From Nemertoderma westbladi (Eukaryota > Animalia > Xenacoelomorpha): a stretch of DNA of 64,000 bases. The first letter of the stretch is position 1. Every line of letters starts with the position of its first letter. Made by a program: the position numbers and the translations under genes. Below the pieces are notes generated by a model. That model had not been told where the DNA came from. It was given only the letters and a program-made list of their open reading frames with translations, and did not search any database. The stretch is taken from contig JAUCBJ010008126.1 of NCBI GenBank assembly GCA_032718475.1, forward strand, positions 120,407 through 184,406, written 5' to 3'. Positions 60,722 to 64,000 of this stretch are shown one piece after another.

Positions 60722-63644
60722 TAATATTTGTTTTGTTTTTTTTGAATGCTATAGAATGCTCTTCCATCCATATAAAGTTGTTCTTTGTACTTAATAACTG
60801 GCGTAACGGAGTGGTTGCAGACGAAATTTCTTTGCTGAATGAACCCAATTGGTTTACTAATCCTAAGAAACTACGCAGGTCTGATCTGGTAGTAGGCACT
60901 GGAAAATCTGATATTGCACTGGTTTTCCGTTGATCAATTGAAATTTCACCATAAGAAATATGATATCCTACAAAATTGATCTGTTCTGCGCACATGATTG
61001 ACTTCGATTTGTTTACTGTTAAATTATGGTATGCACACCTCTCAAGTACATTGCAAACAGTTCTGATAAGATCTGGTAGGGTTGATGTACCTATACCAAT
61101 ATCGTCAATGACCTTTTGAACATTTATACCGGCCATAGCATGATCCCCGCGAAATGAATAACTGTCACCTGTAGACACAAATCCCATAGGTGATCTCAAA
61201 TATTTGTATTTCCCAAATGGAGTTATAAAGACAGTGAGATCTTGTGCTGCTGAATCTAATGGCATTTGCCAATAGCCTTTAACTAAGTCAATTTTACTGA
61301 AAAATCTGTCATTAAGTGAAAATCCACTGATTGCCTCGGCTGGGGTTTTGGTATGATATGCGGTTCTCTCTACCTGTGTATTTAATTTGGTTAAATCGGC
61401 ACATATACGAACCTCACCGTTCTGTTTTGGAGTGACCACGATGGGATGGCACCATGATGTAGGTATATCTCCTACAGGTTCTATTATTTCACGTTCTACC
61501 ATGTATTCTAATGCCTTTTTGGCTTTGTCTCGCATTGCATATGGTATTTGACGCGCAGCATGGATTGCAAATGGTTTTACTTCAGATTTCAATGTTATGG
61601 TCATTGGTGAACCAACAATGTTTCCCTTCATTGGACGTAGTTCGGTAGAATCATCGAAAACTTTATGATATACAGTTTGTAATTTTTCTGTTATCATTTT
61701 AATGAGGTCTGGCGTTAGATGGTGAACATTTGGTATAGTTTTAATCCATTCCTCTCGTTTCTGCCATACTGGTTTATGCTTATCATTGGAAGCTATTGTT
61801 TGAGTTGTATCAACTGTGTTGAAATCAGTGGAATCTTTTATACCACTTATGTGATTTGTATATGATGGATTTGGGAATTCAGGTGGTATAATGTGCAGTG
61901 CTTGACATGTCTCAAGTGATAGATAAAATCCAACAACATCGTAACATACCACAACCAAGGTAGTTGTTTGTTTATTACCAGCGGTTATAGAAGCTTTAAA
62001 TGTACCAATTTGTTCTAAGCTTTTTCCAGCGACCGATGATAAATTATGCTTTAGTTTTGGTTCAAGAACCAATTTATTAACGATACCTGTATTGTTGAAT
62101 GTTTCCAAACCCATTACAGTTCTCCCAGCTCCTGTATCAGCCAGTGCGGTAACAGTAATTGGCGATACTAGACCTTCTGGGATTATGTTTACATTTAAAT
62201 ATGCATTATTTCTTTTTACTATTGTGTTAATTCCACTATTAATTATATCTGTATTGTCGTAATTATCGTAATTGTTAAAAATTGTTAATATGTTTAACTC
62301 ACCATCATCGTTGTTAAATGTGGGGGAATCTTCATCCTGTTCATCAGATATGGATGAAACTTCATCGTTTGACTCTGAAATGCAAATTGCCCTTATTGAT
62401 TTCGAAGGACAAACTGGGGTAAAATGTCCAATTCCACCACAACAAATACATTTCGACCGCGATGCTGGACAAGGTTTCGATTTATCCCGATGATTATTTT
62501 GACCACAGTGGAAACAGCGTTGATAAGTATTTTTAGGATTGCTGTTTTTCTCGTGGATTTCCGTCTTCTGTGTGTTAAATAATCTCCCATTTGATTGGTT
62601 CGTTTTCCATTTACGTTTATTGTAATCAGTTTTTGTTGTGTTTACACTATTATCATTTGAATAATATGTGCCTTTGGTCGCCCCGAGAGATAAGGTTGCA
62701 GTTCGAGCGGTTTCTAGTCCTATGATAAATTTCCGTGATTCATTGAAACTCAAAGGAGGGTCCTTGGCAATGAGTTTTTCTTTATCTTCTTCTTCTGACA
62801 TTGCAAGAATTAATAATGCTGTGTGTAAACGGTCCGTTGTAACAGTTTTTGTATTAGCATATTCTCCTAATTCTTCGATTTCATTGCAAAGTGACGTATA
62901 TGTTTGTCTGTCTTTCTGCTTTATGGTTAACAGAGCACGCCAGTCAAGATTGGTATTTCGTAGAGATCGTAAATAATCTTTTATATCGTTTTGAATTTCG
63001 TCTACATTTAGATCTGTGTTTGCTGGAATTCCCAATGTTCTATTAACAATCTTCAGGAAACCTGGGGAACAACAATCCCAGAATGCTGATAACTGAACAT
63101 CGTGTGTGCGTTGACTGAGGGCCATTAGGTTTGAATAATTTATCCATAAAGGTATCCATTCATTAAATTTCCTGAAATCAGTATCTGATTCGAGAATAGG
63201 GGGTCTGCGTGGTGAAAGTTTTGGATGTTCAGAATTATTGCGATTCAGACCTCTATTATCGTCTGCGTATTCTGCAGTTAAACCAATTGTTGCGGTCCTG
63301 GCAGCAATTGCGTTTTCTCGTGCCTGCTTGCATTTTATATGTGCTTCAATATCGGCAAGTTTCTCTTTTGCTTGAAGCAATATTTCTTCCCAATTATCGA
63401 TGTCATTATCGGCATCCGTTTCTGTACTTCCTGTACAGCATGTTACCATTGTATCAGCATCTCGGAATTTTTCGAATTTTTTCTCCCAATCTATGATTCT
63501 AGTAGCAATCGATGTTGGGTATATACCTTCGGTGCTTGTTAATGCTTCATAATGCTGGATTGCATCTAAACCGGCTTTAGATGCTCGCGTCACTGCTGAC
63601 TTATATCCACGACGTGAAGCCTTTAAACTCTTTAACTCCGACAT
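60681..63644 (-). CDS. Gag-protease-RT part of the polyprotein
   Basis: CFHCG..H...C and CICC...H....C, ADTGA, RICADL, VIDD, LRSFLGL. Confidence 0.92.
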   Translation of the reverse strand: MSELKSLKASRRGYKSAVTRASKAGLDAIQHYEALTSTEGIYPTSIATRIIDWEKKFEKFRDADTMVTCCTGSTETDADNDIDNWEEILLQAKEKLADIEAHIKCKQARENAIAARTATIGLTAEYADDNRGLNRNNSEHPKLSPRRPPILESDTDFRKFNEWIPLWINYSNLMALSQRTHDVQLSAFWDCCSPGFLKIVNRTLGIPANTDLNVDEIQNDIKDYLRSLRNTNLDWRALLTIKQKDRQTYTSLCNEIEELGEYANTKTVTTDRLHTALLILAMSEEEDKEKLIAKDPPLSFNESRKFIIGLETARTATLSLGATKGTYYSNDNSVNTTKTDYNKRKWKTNQSNGRLFNTQKTEIHEKNSNPKNTYQRCFHCGQNNHRDKSKPCPASRSKCICCGGIGHFTPVCPSKSIRAICISESNDEVSSISDEQDEDSPTFNNDDGELNILTIFNNYDNYDNTDIINSGINTIVKRNNAYLNVNIIPEGLVSPITVTALADTGAGRTVMGLETFNNTGIVNKLVLEPKLKHNLSSVAGKSLEQIGTFKASITAGNKQTTTLVVVCYDVVGFYLSLETCQALHIIPPEFPNPSYTNHISGIKDSTDFNTVDTTQTIASNDKHKPVWQKREEWIKTIPNVHHLTPDLIKMITEKLQTVYHKVFDDSTELRPMKGNIVGSPMTITLKSEVKPFAIHAARQIPYAMRDKAKKALEYMVEREIIEPVGDIPTSWCHPIVVTPKQNGEVRICADLTKLNTQVERTAYHTKTPAEAISGFSLNDRFFSKIDLVKGYWQMPLDSAAQDLTVFITPFGKYKYLRSPMGFVSTGDSYSFRGDHAMAGINVQKVIDDIGIGTSTLPDLIRTVCNVLERCAYHNLTVNKSKSIMCAEQINFVGYHISYGEISIDQRKTSAISDFPVPTTRSDLRSFLGLVNQLGSFSKEISSATTPLRQLLSTKNNFIWMEEHSIAFKKNKTNIIEPTNSWNVRSHR

Positions 63645-64000
63645 AACAGGTATGCTTTACAGCATAAATTACTGTACCGGTATAGAGGATACAAACCCCG
63701 TTATGCCGTTGCCAGCTACTGCTACCGGCAGACCGGTACTATATCTGTCAGTCTGTGTATTATAATGTAAATCAATTACCGGTATTGTTTACTACCGTAA
63801 ATATTTAGTCTTTAATCTATATAGATTCAATAATATCTCGCAGCGCCATGTAATGTTCGCTATACAGCGAATCATGAAAGGGTAAACTACCCATCCAGAT
63901 GTCTGACTGAAAGAGGGGAATCCGCTATACAGCAGTAACTTCCATGTATATTCAAAACTAAGAATAGCATATATATATTTTGAATCTCCCGCCACCATTG

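Larger units (their letters stand above)
58568..64000 (-). mobile_element. Second Ty3/Gypsy LTR retrotransposon (Mag-like, different family); 5' LTR runs off the window
   Basis: 3' LTR 58568-58742 (175 bp) matches 63849-64000. PBS TGGCGCTGCGAG on - strand (63837-63848). PPT AAAAAAGGAGAG on - strand next to 58743. Confidence 0.95.

Overview
AT-rich, repeat-dense animal (probably invertebrate) genomic DNA. The only host gene I can support is a + strand NMDA-type ionotropic glutamate receptor most like GluN3. I reconstructed it by hand from 11 exons between 30468 and 46720; its first exons were not found and M4/C-terminus lie beyond the window. Main finding: the M1-M2 pore-loop exon is present twice in tandem (38862-39038 and 39625-39801). 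Both copies are 177 nt, phase 0/0 and conserved at protein level, but they differ at the Q/R/N selectivity site (AAC Asn vs AGC Ser), which suggests mutually exclusive splicing of the channel filter. The receptor also has SYTAKLAAF instead of SYTANLAAF and GluN2-like ligand residues. Two consecutive introns begin with minisatellites made of amplified exon-intron junctions (43-bp and 59-bp units, most units carrying a GTGAGT donor). Two young Ty3/Gypsy elements have inserted into the 59-bp array. The first 30 kb is nested TE debris (Penelope split by a solo LTR, a CR1/RTE chimera, hAT inside a Gypsy remnant, MITEs, satellites) plus an inverted pair of minimal hammerhead ribozymes in a tRNA-like Pol III cassette. 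All calls are by eye; no searches were run.
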